In this document: piece by piece, positions 54,064-64,000 of the stretch
Position numbering within the stretch: the first letter of the stretch is position 1
Layout of the letters: each line of letters starts with the position of its first letter
From: Alteromonadaceae bacterium
GTDB lineage: Bacteria > Pseudomonadota > Gammaproteobacteria > Enterobacterales > Alteromonadaceae
Assembly: GCA_038141035.1 (NCBI GenBank)
Contig: JAYQHI010000045.1
Coordinates: forward strand, 14,618 to 78,617
Direction of reading: 5' to 3'
DNA: 64,000 nt
Made by a program: the position numbers and the translations under genes
Notes under the pieces: model-generated
Seen by the model: only the letters and a program-made list of their open reading frames with translations
Told to the model about the DNA's origin: nothing
Databases searched by the model: none

Positions 54064-55335
54064 TTATTCTCTATCGGCTGATTTTAAATCAAAAATAGCA
54101 TAAGCCCCGACAACACAAAAACATATAGCAGGGACAATATAAGACGTGGCTGTGTTGTAACTATCAATTACAGCTCCTTGAACCATAGGCATTAATGCGC
54201 CACCTAATATCGCCATTACTAAACCAGCGGCACCAAATTTTGTATCTTCGCCAAGACCATGTAATGAAATAGCATAAATAGTAGGAAACATTAAAGATAA
54301 ACATGCAGATATAGCAATTAAAGCCCAAACACCTGATTCATTAGGACTCATAACCATAAATAGACAAAGAAAAACTGCAATCATAGTGGTGGTTGTAAGT
54401 AATAGTGCTGGTTTAATAAAACCCATCAACCAAGTCATAACAAATCGTGATATTAAAAAGGTGATCATACTGTATTGTAAAACCTCACCACCTTTAACTT
54501 CATTTGCTGATAAAGCTTCCATCACATATCCAATGGTAAATGTCCAAACACATGTTTGAGCTGCGACATTAAAAAACTGAGCAATAACGCCAAATTTATA
54601 ATGGCGATTATGAAATAAGCGTTTTAATGTTTTATAAAAATTTAAATCATGTTCACTAGCAACTTCTTTATCTTTAATTGGGTTTTTAGTAAAAGCTATG
54701 GCTAACCAAATTAAAACTAAAACACAAGCCATGCCAACATATGGCGTCATAACTGCTGCTAATTCATTTGCTTGAATTTTTGATAGCTCATCTATAGGCA
54801 TAGATAATCTTTCATCAGCTGTTGCGGAGTGTAAATTGGGTAAAATTAATGTAGCGGCTAAAAATACGCCTATATTAGTACCTACAGGGTTAAAAGCTTG
54901 TGCTAAATTTAATCGTTTAGCTGAATTTTCATTGGGTCCCATTGCAATAACATAAGGATTTGCAGATGTTTCTAATATAGATAAACCTGCTGCTAGAATA
55001 AAAAGAGCAGCAAGAAAAAAGCCATATGTCATTGCTTGGCTTGCCGGATAAAACATAAATGCGCCAAGAATTGCAAAACCTAAACCTGTTAATACACCTA
55101 CTTTATATGAGTAACGTTTGTTAATAAAAGCCGCGGGCAGTGCTAAACAAAAATAAGCCCCATAATAACAAAACTGAACTAATGACGATTGTAGTGTATT
55201 CATCGTAAAAATTTTACTAAACACCTTTACTAACGGATCTGTCATATTTGCCGCAGTTCCCCAAGCGGCAAAACACAAGGTTAATAAGATAAAAGGGAGT
55301 AACATTCCTTTTGAAATGATGGGTGACTTTTTCAT
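54064..55335 (-). CDS. MFS sugar transporter, FucP/GluP (fucose / glucose-galactose:H+ symporter) family
   Basis: 423 aa, 12 predicted TM helices, and the family-typical N-terminus (FILLTLCFAAWGTAANMTDPLVKVF...LQSSLVQFCYYGAYFCLALPAA). Confidence 0.85.
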   Translation of the reverse strand: MKKSPIISKGMLLPFILLTLCFAAWGTAANMTDPLVKVFSKIFTMNTLQSSLVQFCYYGAYFCLALPAAFINKRYSYKVGVLTGLGFAILGAFMFYPASQAMTYGFFLAALFILAAGLSILETSANPYVIAMGPNENSAKRLNLAQAFNPVGTNIGVFLAATLILPNLHSATADERLSMPIDELSKIQANELAAVMTPYVGMACVLVLIWLAIAFTKNPIKDKEVASEHDLNFYKTLKRLFHNRHYKFGVIAQFFNVAAQTCVWTFTIGYVMEALSANEVKGGEVLQYSMITFLISRFVMTWLMGFIKPALLLTTTTMIAVFLCLFMVMSPNESGVWALIAISACLSLMFPTIYAISLHGLGEDTKFGAAGLVMAILGGALMPMVQGAVIDSYNTATSYIVPAICFCVVGAYAIFDLKSADRE

Positions 55336-55396
55336 TAGTAAATCCTAATTTATTTTTATAATTTTAATATATTTAAGCAGTAGTAAATAGAATAGT

Positions 55397-55423
55397 CAAT
55401 AAATCACTTAAATTGATTTATTG
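55397..55423. promoter_or_regulatory. inverted repeat CAATAAATCA-N7-TGATTTATTG (candidate ROK/NagC-type operator)
   Basis: Perfect 10-bp arms in the divergent MFS / ROK-regulator intergenic region. It shares AATAAAT-N11-ATTTATT and the 10-mer TTGATTTATT with the site at 57074..57104. Confidence 0.5.
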
Positions 55424-55662
55424 TTTTTTATACTTGCCCATCACTTTTTAGTGGTCAAAATATCACTAAATCAGCCTCTTTAGTGTATTATACAAAATGT
55501 ATTACACTCTTTAGGTGGTTGATGTTATTGACTCTTTCTTATTTATTGTGAAATGAACATGCATAATGTCACAGTAAAATAAAAATAAGTAGAATAAAAA
55601 TATTGAATAAAACCTACCCTGTAATTTAAATATGAGGTTTTGTTTAGGAAATGGAATTATAA

Positions 55663-56875
55663 ATGAAGAAAAAAGAAAGCTCTGCAGTTGAAAAGAAAAC
55701 ATTGAAGGGTCGTAATCAGACAGGGTTACGGTTACATAATGAGAGACGTATTTTATCCATTATTCGAGAAAAAAATCGGCACCTAAAGCTGAAATATCTA
55801 AAGACACAGGGCTTTCTGCCCAAGCTTTAACCGTTATAATAAATAATTTAGAAAACGAACACCTATTAATTAGAAAACCGCCCCAACGAGGCCGTGTTGG
55901 CCAACCATTAGTACCTTTTGCGCTTAACCCTGAGGGGGCATTTAGTATAGGCCTTAAAATTGGTCGAAGAAGCTTTGCTCTTACGTTAATTGATTTTGTT
56001 GGTAATGTGCGTGCAACCTTGCATGAAAACTTTATTTATCCTGATGTTAAGCAATTGCTTTTATTTATTGAAAAAGGCATAGCAGCTTTAACATTAAGCC
56101 TTTCTGCCGAATTAGCTCAGCGTATTAAAGGTATTGGTATTGCAATGCCTAATGAGATATGGAATTGGCCTGAAGAAGCAAATGTTCCTACTGATATTTT
56201 AAATGAATGGAAAGAGTTTGACTATTCTAGCCGTATTTCTGAAATAACTCACTTACCTGTTTTTTTATGCAATGATGATTCAGCGGCATGTTCAGCAGAG
56301 CTTAGCTTTGGTAATAGACATGGATTTAAAGACTTTTTTTATGTTTTTATTGGTACATTTATTGGTGGGGGAGTTGTTATTGGAGGAATTTATTAACCGG
56401 TAAAAAAGGCAATGCTGGTGCTATAGGTTCATTGCCATTGCCTGTTTTATCGCAAGATGGAAAAATTGAAATGCAGCAATTAATTAATAAATCATCTCTG
56501 TTTGTTTTAGATAATATGCTAAAAGCTGAAGGCTATGATACTAATATGATTAGGAGTTCATTTGAGTACTGGGCTGATTTTGGCGGAATTGTCGACGAAT
56601 GGATCGAGCAAGCTGCCGAAGGTATTGCTTATGGTGCGATTTGTTCATCAGCTGTTTTTGAATTTGAAGCGATAGTTATTGGTGGTGCAATTCCAGAGTC
56701 GGTCAAAGAAAAAATAATATCTTCAGTTAGAAAGAAAGTTAAGTCAGCTGATTTACGTGGTTTAACTCCTTTTAATATTGTTACTAGTTCTTTAGGTAAA
56801 GATGCTCAATCAATTGGAAGTGCAAACCTGCCTTTATTGGCGCTTTTTTCTAAGGAAATTCAGTCAGTAAAATAA
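55663..56875 (+). pseudogene. ROK-family transcriptional regulator (NagC/Mlc-like), two frameshifts
   Basis: The ATG at 55663 opens an N-terminal wHTH (NQTGLRLHNERRILSIIRE...SKDTGLSAQALTVIINNLENEHLL). ORFs 56007..56396 and 56432..56875 form the ROK sugar-kinase-like fold (GIGIAMP, NDDSAACSAE, GTFIGGGVVIGG...GNAGAIG). The shifts are at the A7 run 55769-55775 and near 56388. Confidence 0.82.
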
Positions 56876-56987
56876 GTGTGTAATTAATTTTTTTTTCAGC
56901 TGACTTAAAAAAACAATAAAATCTGTTGCCGATTTAATTCTAATTTCTTTAAATATTTGTTGTTTTCCCTTGCATATCAACATTTCT

Positions 56988-57021
56988 CAGCTACTTTTTG
57001 TTTGATAATAAAAAGTAGCTG
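56988..57021 (+). terminator. hairpin after the ROK regulator gene (12-bp stem)
   Basis: CAGCTACTTTTT-gtttgataat-AAAAAGTAGCTG. The downstream sequence is T-rich but is not a clean U-tract. Confidence 0.5.
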
Positions 57022-57073
57022 CCAACTTAATTCTCATCTTTTTTAACTATTTTTAGATTTTTCATTGTATAAA

Positions 57074-57104
57074 AATAATAAATAACAAAAGTTGATTTAT
57101 TATT
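57074..57104. promoter_or_regulatory. inverted repeat AATAATAAAT-N11-ATTTATTATT (second candidate ROK-type operator)
   Basis: Perfect 10-bp arms about 105 bp upstream of the TonB-dependent receptor start, with the same half-site and spacing as 55397..55423. Confidence 0.5.
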
Positions 57105-57208
57105 TTTTGTCCTCTATAGTAAATATGCACTTTATAAAAAGTGTGTAAAAAGTAAAAACAAAACAAAACAAAAATAGTTTATAAAACTTATATCGGGGAG
57201 AGTAAGTT

Positions 57209-59809
57209 ATGCAATTATCAAAATTAGCATTAATAATATCTGCAACATTAGCCACGTCGTTTTCGGCTGTGTCTTTTGCAGAAGAAAAAGAAAAGAAAGA
57301 AAAAGAAGCGAGTGATTCATTAGGTTTTGAAACCATTATTGTTACAGGTACTGGCCGACCAAAAGAAAAGCTAGAATCAACCAATGCTATGACTACATTT
57401 GATCCTAAAACAATTGAGCGTTTAGCTCCTAAAAGTGTAGGTGAATTAGTACGTAGTATTCCTGGTTTTCATGCTGAAGATACAGGTGGTGAAACAGGTA
57501 ATAATGTTGCGCCAAGAGGTTTTCCTCTTTCAACTCAAACAGAGTTCACTGCATTATTAAGAGATGGTATGACTGTCTTTTATAATCAAGATGTCTTATT
57601 TACTCAAAATGATAGATTTACTCGATTATCAAACTTTATTGGTAACGTTGAAGCTATTCGTGGTGGTGCGTCTTCAATATTTATCGGTAATGCTCCAGCA
57701 GGTTATATTAACTTTATTTCTCGTGAAGGTAGTGATGATTTAGAAGGTGATGTGTTTTTTGAAACCAATAGTAATAATCGTCTAGGTGGACAAGGTTGGG
57801 TTAGTGGCTCTATTAACGACCAAACTGTTTTTGCGCTTGGTGGATGGTATAGACAAGACGATTCTGCGAGAGATCCAGGTTATGTTGCTAACCAAGGTGG
57901 TGAGATAAACGGTAATATTAAATACTTTTTTGATAATGATAATGGTTTCACACGTTTTGAATTTAATAAACAAGATGATAAGTCATTTTTCTTCATTCCA
58001 CAGCCATTAACTGGTTCGACAACTGATGCTCAAACAATACCTGGTGGTATGGATATTCGTGACGGTACAACGGGTAACTCTGCAGGAGCAAGGTTATTAC
58101 GATTACCTAATACTCCAAGTGGAGATATTAATTTAGATGTAGCAGATGGGAACTATGCCGATGTTACTTATATTGGTAACACAACAGAATATGATATTAA
58201 TGAGTTTTTAGTATTTTCTAATCAAATGCGTTATACCGATATGTTTACTACCTTTACGGGTATTATTAATGTTGGTAATGCAGAGTCTTTAGATACTAAA
58301 GCACAATCTATTTTTGATGCTAATAGTGGTGCTTTAAGCGGAGCATATGTTAATAATGTTTTAAATTATGACATTAGAAATGCAGGTACAGGGTTAAATG
58401 TAGCTGATCATACCAATGTTGATAGTTATAATACTAATGGCTTTGGTATTAATGCTGGTTTTTGGCATAGACGTTTTGATGGTGATAACTTTCAAAATGA
58501 AACTAAACTTAGTTACACCATTGAAGGATTAGGTGAAGGCGACTTATATTCTACGTTTGGCTTTTTCGTATCAAATATCAACGGTAACGTAACAGATTAT
58601 CGAATTAATACTTTACAATCAGTCGAGCCTTTACCTCAGCGCTTAGATATTGTTTTTGTTGATGAGTTTGGTGAAGATATTGCTAGCGGTACATATAAAG
58701 GTATTCAATCAGGATCTCATGGTTTTGCGAATATTGTATATAGTGAACGAACGATAGCCACTTATGCTGATTTTGAATATGAACTTGAAGATCTAACTTT
58801 AAATGCTGCTGTTCGATATGAATCATTATCAGCTAATGGTGAAGCAGAAAATGGTGCAAACTATAAAGTTAATACCTTCGCAAGTGATTCAAATGCTGTT
58901 AATGGTGAAATAGAATTACCATTCGGCACAGGTACTTATCGTAACTTTAATATCGAGCATGACGAATTAGCATGGACGGTTGCGTTTAACTATAATGTTA
59001 ATGAAGATCTTGCTGTGTTTGGTCGTTATGCTGATGGCTTTAGAATGCCAGATGTTGATAAGTATATGGCTATTACTGGGTTAACAACTTCAGCTGAAAT
59101 TGAAGCGTTTAATAATTCAGAGCGTCGCGAAACTGAACCAACATCAACGGTTATGGCTGAAATGGGTGTTAAATATAATGATGGGGATGTATCAGCATTT
59201 GTAACAGGATATTTTGCCGCTGCTGATGATTTATTTTTCAATGTACCTACTGTTGTTAATGGTGAAGTTATTCAGCGTCAAGCTTTTCGAAACACCGAAA
59301 CTCTTGGTTTAGAAGCCGAAGTGAGCGTTAATATTACAGATGCATGGAAAGTTGGCCTTTCAGCAACATATCAATCTCCTGAATTTGTCGATACTCCTGC
59401 AGCTGAGTTTATTGATGGAAATGGTAACTTAGGTACTGTTGATATTAATGGTAACTTACCTGTTCGTGTACCAGAGCATTTTGGTCAACTAACAAGTAGT
59501 TATGAATTTAATGAGTTTGATTGGGGCTTTGCTTCAGTTTATGGTAGTTACTCATGGAGTGGTAAACGCTATGCAGATGACGCGAATACTGCAGAATTAC
59601 CTACTTACGGAATGCTAAATTTAGGTGCTTCAGTTGAATTTAATGAAGGTTTTTATATACGAGCTGATATTAAGAACGTGAATAATTCTGAAGGTTTATC
59701 TGAAGGTGACCCAAGAGCTGGTGAAACAGTTGCAGGTCAAACTAATACATTTAATGCACGTGTAGTATTACCACAAACCTTTAGTTTAACTATCGGTAAA
59801 CGCTTTTAA
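57209..59809 (+). CDS. TonB-dependent outer-membrane receptor (sugar/oligosaccharide uptake, by context)
   Basis: Signal peptide, plug motifs (IIVTGTGRPKEK, VEAIRGGASSIFIGNAPAGYINFISR), a long barrel and a terminal ...LTIGKRF. Confidence 0.9.
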   Translation: MQLSKLALIISATLATSFSAVSFAEEKEKKEKEASDSLGFETIIVTGTGRPKEKLESTNAMTTFDPKTIERLAPKSVGELVRSIPGFHAEDTGGETGNNVAPRGFPLSTQTEFTALLRDGMTVFYNQDVLFTQNDRFTRLSNFIGNVEAIRGGASSIFIGNAPAGYINFISREGSDDLEGDVFFETNSNNRLGGQGWVSGSINDQTVFALGGWYRQDDSARDPGYVANQGGEINGNIKYFFDNDNGFTRFEFNKQDDKSFFFIPQPLTGSTTDAQTIPGGMDIRDGTTGNSAGARLLRLPNTPSGDINLDVADGNYADVTYIGNTTEYDINEFLVFSNQMRYTDMFTTFTGIINVGNAESLDTKAQSIFDANSGALSGAYVNNVLNYDIRNAGTGLNVADHTNVDSYNTNGFGINAGFWHRRFDGDNFQNETKLSYTIEGLGEGDLYSTFGFFVSNINGNVTDYRINTLQSVEPLPQRLDIVFVDEFGEDIASGTYKGIQSGSHGFANIVYSERTIATYADFEYELEDLTLNAAVRYESLSANGEAENGANYKVNTFASDSNAVNGEIELPFGTGTYRNFNIEHDELAWTVAFNYNVNEDLAVFGRYADGFRMPDVDKYMAITGLTTSAEIEAFNNSERRETEPTSTVMAEMGVKYNDGDVSAFVTGYFAAADDLFFNVPTVVNGEVIQRQAFRNTETLGLEAEVSVNITDAWKVGLSATYQSPEFVDTPAAEFIDGNGNLGTVDINGNLPVRVPEHFGQLTSSYEFNEFDWGFASVYGSYSWSGKRYADDANTAELPTYGMLNLGASVEFNEGFYIRADIKNVNNSEGLSEGDPRAGETVAGQTNTFNARVVLPQTFSLTIGKRF

Positions 59810-59834
59810 AATAGCGCCTTTATATAATCAAATC

Positions 59835-59868
59835 ATAGCTTGTAGTTTTTACTACAAGCTATTTTTTT
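59835..59868 (+). terminator. rho-independent terminator after the TonB-dependent receptor
   Basis: ATAGCTTGTAGT-TTT-TACTACAAGCTAT followed by T7. Confidence 0.8.
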
Positions 59869-59893
59869 ATCACATTTTTAATAGGTCTATAAA

Positions 59894-60853
59894 ATGAAAA
59901 TTTTGTCTTTTGGTGAAGCTTTAATTGATTTACTAGCAAGTAAATATCAAAAGGAAGGTGAGCTTGTTACTGAGGCATTTATTAAATATGCCGGAGGAGC
60001 TCCTGCTAATGTGGCTGTAGCAGCTGCGAAACAAGGAATAGAGAGTTACTTTGTTGGTAAAGTAGGTAAAGACAATTTTGGCGATTTTTTAATTGAATCG
60101 CTTAACCATTTTGGTGTTTCTACTCGATATACTAATTATTCACAAATAGGAAAAACAGCTTTAGCTTTTGTATCATTAGATGATTTAGGCGAAAGAAGTT
60201 TTCAATTTTATGATGGTAATGCAGCCCATAATGACTTTCGTTTACGTGATTTTGATCAAATTAGTTTTGATGCCCCTGTAATATTTAATTTTTGTTCTGG
60301 ATCTTTATCTAAACCACATTTGAAAAAAGTAGTTGATTATGGATTTGAAAAATTAATAAAGTCAAATTCAATTATTTGTTTTGATATTAATTTTCGCCCA
60401 GCCTTTTGGCTTAACCCTAAAGAAGCTTCTGATATAGTTTTAGAAATTGCTACTCAGGTTAATATTATTAAAGCGAGCAATGAAGAATTAATTGAGTTAT
60501 TCGGAATTGAAAATACAGATTTAATTATTGAGCAGTTATTAGCTGCAGGTGTACAGCTGATATTAATTACGAATGGCTCTGAGCCTATTTCATATTATAC
60601 GAAGAACTATAGTGGTACTTATACCGCTCCTAAGGTTGATGTTGTAGATACAACTGCTGCGGGAGATGCATTTGTTGGCGGCTTTTTAGCCCAGATAGCT
60701 TTGAGTAATAGCTCATTAAAAACATTTGATTCTTGGATATTAAATTTTGAAAATATATTAAATAGTATCGATTTTGCGTCAAAGTGCGGTGCTTTCACTG
60801 TATCAAAATTTGGTGCTTTTGCAGCGTTGCCATATAAATCTGATATTGCATAA
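59894..60853 (+). CDS. PfkB-family carbohydrate kinase (fructokinase-like)
   Basis: ILSFGEALIDLL, GGAPANVAVAAAKQG, and PfkB signature 2 (DTTAAGDAFVGGFL). Confidence 0.85.
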   Translation: MKILSFGEALIDLLASKYQKEGELVTEAFIKYAGGAPANVAVAAAKQGIESYFVGKVGKDNFGDFLIESLNHFGVSTRYTNYSQIGKTALAFVSLDDLGERSFQFYDGNAAHNDFRLRDFDQISFDAPVIFNFCSGSLSKPHLKKVVDYGFEKLIKSNSIICFDINFRPAFWLNPKEASDIVLEIATQVNIIKASNEELIELFGIENTDLIIEQLLAAGVQLILITNGSEPISYYTKNYSGTYTAPKVDVVDTTAAGDAFVGGFLAQIALSNSSLKTFDSWILNFENILNSIDFASKCGAFTVSKFGAFAALPYKSDIA

Positions 60854-61347
60854 AATTATTTTAAAAATAGTGTATAACTATATAGTTGATGTATTGAATT
60901 TTAATAGGTAAATAATTAAGGATATTAGAAGTACCTTGGTACTTTAATTATTTAAATAATTAGTCATCATTCAATATATTGTATTTCTGCAGAGCAGCCT
61001 TTTTGATTAATAATAGAAATACTAAATAAAGTCACCTTGGTAGGCTAACTATCGTTTGTAAATTATTCCCATGCTTATATGTGTTGTTTTTTCTTTCTCA
61101 ATTTATTCATTAAAATTTTTGTTATTAGACTGCTATATTCGAGACTCTTTGATAAACAGAAATATTTTAAATATTAATGGTTTAGTAACCCCTCTAAACT
61201 AGATAAATTAATGTAGTGTTTAGTGATGTTAATAATAAGCCTAAATTACTCTATACTCTTATTATCTTCTTAGATATTATCTAACGCCAAAATTTAGTTT
61301 TTAGCTAAACTTTGGTGTTTATATATTCTTTAGATGTTAGGATAATT

Positions 61348-63412
61348 ATGACAGGCTTACGTGAAAGCTCTCTTCCTCAAAATGTAATTAAAATATTTGA
61401 CGCAACGCCTTTACCTACTGTTTTAACTCGTACCGATGGCAGCTTAGAATATGCTAATCCAGCTTTCATTAATTTATTAGGCTATGATGCCCGCGAAATT
61501 TATGCCCCAGAGGTTATTTTTTCTCATCCTGATGATCTAAGCACCAATAAAAAAATTAGAGAGCAATTACATAGCAACCCCTTTGTTCCTATTTTAATTG
61601 AAAAGAATTACCAGCATAAAACGGGGCGTAAAATTCCAGGTTTATTAACGATTGTTGCGCAACCTGATGAAAACGGAAAAGCCATTCGTTTTATTTCTCA
61701 AATGATCGATTTGACCGAAAAAAAACAAACTGAAAAGTCACTCTCATTATTAACAACCTTATTGAATCAGTCTAATGACGCTATTTTAGTGATTAACTCA
61801 GATACTGGCCAAATTATTGAGAGTAATAAAAGTGCTTACCGTTCTTTAGGTTATGGTAAAAATGAATTGCTGGCGATGACATTGCCTGATATATGCCAAG
61901 AATTAAATTTTGATAGCGGCTGGTCGCAATTTAGCCAAATTATTAAGCAACAAGGTACGGCATTACAAGAGATTTTATTTACTAAAAAAAATTGTACACA
62001 ATTAGAAACTGAAACAAGCATAAGTTACGTAGACTTAGGTAAAACAGCTTATATATTAGCTATTTTACGTGACATAACTTACCGTAAACAAAATGAAAAA
62101 CTCATTTGGCAACAAGCTCATTTAGATACTTTAACTAATCTTCCTAATCGCCGACTGGCAAATGATCGTTTAGAACAAGAAATTAAAAAAGCTTCTCGCT
62201 ATCAGCATAAAGTTGCCGTGTTGTATTTAGATCTTGATAATTTTAAAGAAGTAAACGACAGTTTAGGCCATTCTGGTGGTGATCAGCTATTAATTGAAAC
62301 GGCACAGCGGTTACAAAATTGTATTAGAGAAATTGATACCTTAGCTCGTCAAGGTGGTGATGAATTTACGCTTATTTTAAGTGAACAAAATAATAGAAAA
62401 GATACTCAAAAAATTATTCAAAACCTGCTTTATGAACTAAAAAAACCATTTCAATTAGGTGAGGGGGAAGCTTATGTAACAACAAGTATTGGTGTTGCGT
62501 ATTACCCTGATGATGGTGTTGATACAACCACGTTATTTGAACACGCAGATCAAGCGATGTATGCAGCGAAGAAAAAAGGTAAAAATGGCTTTGAATTTTT
62601 TACGGCTTCTATGCACCAAGAAGCATTATTACGAGCTCAATTAATCAATGACCTACGTAAAGCTATTAACGAAGATCAATTTCATTTGCTCTATCAGCCC
62701 ATTATTGATTTATCTTCAGGTAAAATTTGTAAAGCAGAAGCCTTGCTTCGTTGGCTACATCCCAAACATGGGGTGATTAGCCCGACTGAGTTTATTCCAT
62801 TAGCAGAAGAAACTGGCTTGATTTGTGAAATAGGTGATTGGGTATTTAAGCAAGCGGTATTACAAGTAAAAGAATGGCGTAAACGTTTTAAAAGTGATTT
62901 TCAAATCACAATTAATACCTCTCCAGTACAGTATTTAGATGAGCATGACAGAATTTCAGAGTGGATCCCTTACTTGCATACTCATCAATTACCTGGTGGA
63001 GCTATCTCTATTGAAATTACTGAAAGTGTATTGATGGATGCACATGCTAGTATTGTTGAAAAGTTGTTAGCATTTCAAATTGCTGGCGTTGATGTATATC
63101 TTGATGATTTTGGTACAGGCTATTCTTCACTATCATATTTGAAAAAATTTGATATCGATTATTTGAAAATAGAATCGCTCATTTGTTCATAATGTTGCGA
63201 AAGATGAAAATGATAAAGTGCTTTGTGAAGCAATAATAATTATGGCTAAAAAGTTAGGGGTTAATGTTGTTGCTGAAGGTATAGAAACTGAAAAACAAAG
63301 ACAGTTATTAATAGCTGCTAATTGTAATTATGGCCAAGGTTACTTATTTTCTAAACCGCTTGAACCATTAAGCTTTGAAAAATTATTGCTAAATCACCAA
63401 ACATGTTATTAA
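61348..63412 (+). pseudogene. PAS-PAS-GGDEF-EAL signalling protein, one frameshift in the EAL domain
   Basis: The ATG at 61348 follows AGGA. It has two PAS-like modules, a GGDEF domain (RQGGDEFTLIL) and an EAL domain (EALLRWLHP, DDFGTGYSSLSYL). ORF 63218..63412 is the EAL C-terminus (VAEGIETEKQ...GQGYLFSKP). The frame is restored (KIDRSFVHNVAKDENDK) by a 1-nt change near 63173. Confidence 0.85.
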
Positions 63413-63447
63413 TAGAACGCTAAGTTTAGCGAAATTGTTTAGTTAAA

Positions 63448-63900
63448 TTAGTTAAGTATTTTACTCATGATAATTGCGTCTTCATAACCAAAACCTTTTG
63501 CACTTGGGTAATAACCAACTCTTCTATTAATTTCAGTAAAACCATTATTTATATATAACATTTGTGCAGCAAAATTACTCGCTCGTACTTCTAGAAAAAC
63601 TTTTTCAGCGCCTTGTTCTTTTGCTTTACTTAAAAAGGTATGTAAAAGCTGTTTACCAAAACCTTTGCCTTGCTCCGTTGGGGTAACACAAATCTCCATT
63701 AATGTTGCTTCACCGGCCACATATTCAGCAACATAAAAACCAATAACATCTTTATTGTTAACAGCATAATCACCAAAGTACCTGCCACCAATACAGCTTT
63801 TAAATGTTTTTTTACTCCACGGGTGTGGGTTACATGCTATTTCAATTGGCATTAGGGTATCAATATCATCTAAGGTAATACTTTGAAGTTGCATAGCCAT
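63448..63900 (-). CDS. rimI: ribosomal-protein-alanine N-acetyltransferase RimI (GNAT)
   Basis: 150 aa with the GNAT acetyl-CoA motif (VTPTEQGKGFGKQLL). It lies directly downstream of a holD-like C-terminus, as in E. coli holD-rimI. Confidence 0.85.
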   Translation of the reverse strand: MAMQLQSITLDDIDTLMPIEIACNPHPWSKKTFKSCIGGRYFGDYAVNNKDVIGFYVAEYVAGEATLMEICVTPTEQGKGFGKQLLHTFLSKAKEQGAEKVFLEVRASNFAAQMLYINNGFTEINRRVGYYPSAKGFGYEDAIIMSKILN

Positions 63901-63901
63901 G

Positions 63902-64000
63902 TTATTTAATACCTGATAATAATTGCCACAGTTGCTTTTTTAATTCAATAGAATTGGCGATAACATTTAACGGAGGGTGATTAATTGCTGTTTTGAAAAT
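63902..64000 (-). CDS. holD: DNA polymerase III psi subunit HolD, C-terminal 32 codons only (the gene continues past the window end)
   Basis: The open minus-strand frame ...IELKKQLWQLLSGIK* stops 1 nt before the rimI ATG. The assignment rests on position and the short C-terminal similarity only. Confidence 0.5.
   Translation of the reverse strand: MFKTAINHPPLNVIANSIELKKQLWQLLSGIK

Overview
This is an AT-rich chromosomal segment, by eye about 60% A+T. Gene content and local synteny resemble a marine gammaproteobacterium of the Alteromonadales/Vibrionales type. The species cannot be named from sequence alone. I count about 48 protein-coding genes. I saw no rRNA, tRNA, CRISPR array, transposase, integrase or phage gene.

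Left to right the window contains:
- A glycogen/maltodextrin locus: malQ-glgX-glgB-glgP, divergent from a GH13 alpha-glucosidase and a TonB-dependent receptor. Two LacI-type palindromes sit in the shared promoter region.
- cca, then a GspA-GspB fusion protein.
- The leuLABCD operon with a Leu-rich leader peptide and attenuator.
- A small surface-polysaccharide block: TagB/F-like, GT4 and Wzi.
- ygiM and ygiF, then an L,D-transpeptidase next to Lpp.
- A seven-gene envelope module: PspA/IM30 (YjfJ-like), YjfI-like, YjfK-like, a 4xDUF350 protein, a membrane-anchored aminopropyltransferase, a lipoprotein and a small RHH protein. Its two operons share a promoter-embedded palindrome, GACATAATATGTC.
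- glnE, lpxL/M, an LPS-type glycosyltransferase and a PEP-CTERM protein.
- arfB, radA, a tandem-PilZ protein of about 810 aa, serB, ytjB, yjjV, a REC-HDOD protein, argS and prfC.
- A ROK-regulated sugar locus (MFS, ROK, TonB-dependent receptor, fructokinase) with a shared AATAAAT-N11-ATTTATT operator candidate.
- A PAS-GGDEF-EAL protein, rimI and holD.

Major caveat: 23 of the 48 genes are broken by about 32 single-base indels, mostly in homopolymer runs, plus one in-frame TGA. Every fragment still translates into well-conserved protein. The simplest reading is consensus error from a homopolymer-prone assembly. The alternative is very recent pseudogenisation.

The best candidate for an under-described system is the PspA / polyamine-enzyme / DUF350 envelope module at 28.6-34.7 kb, which appears to have its own non-sigma54 regulation.
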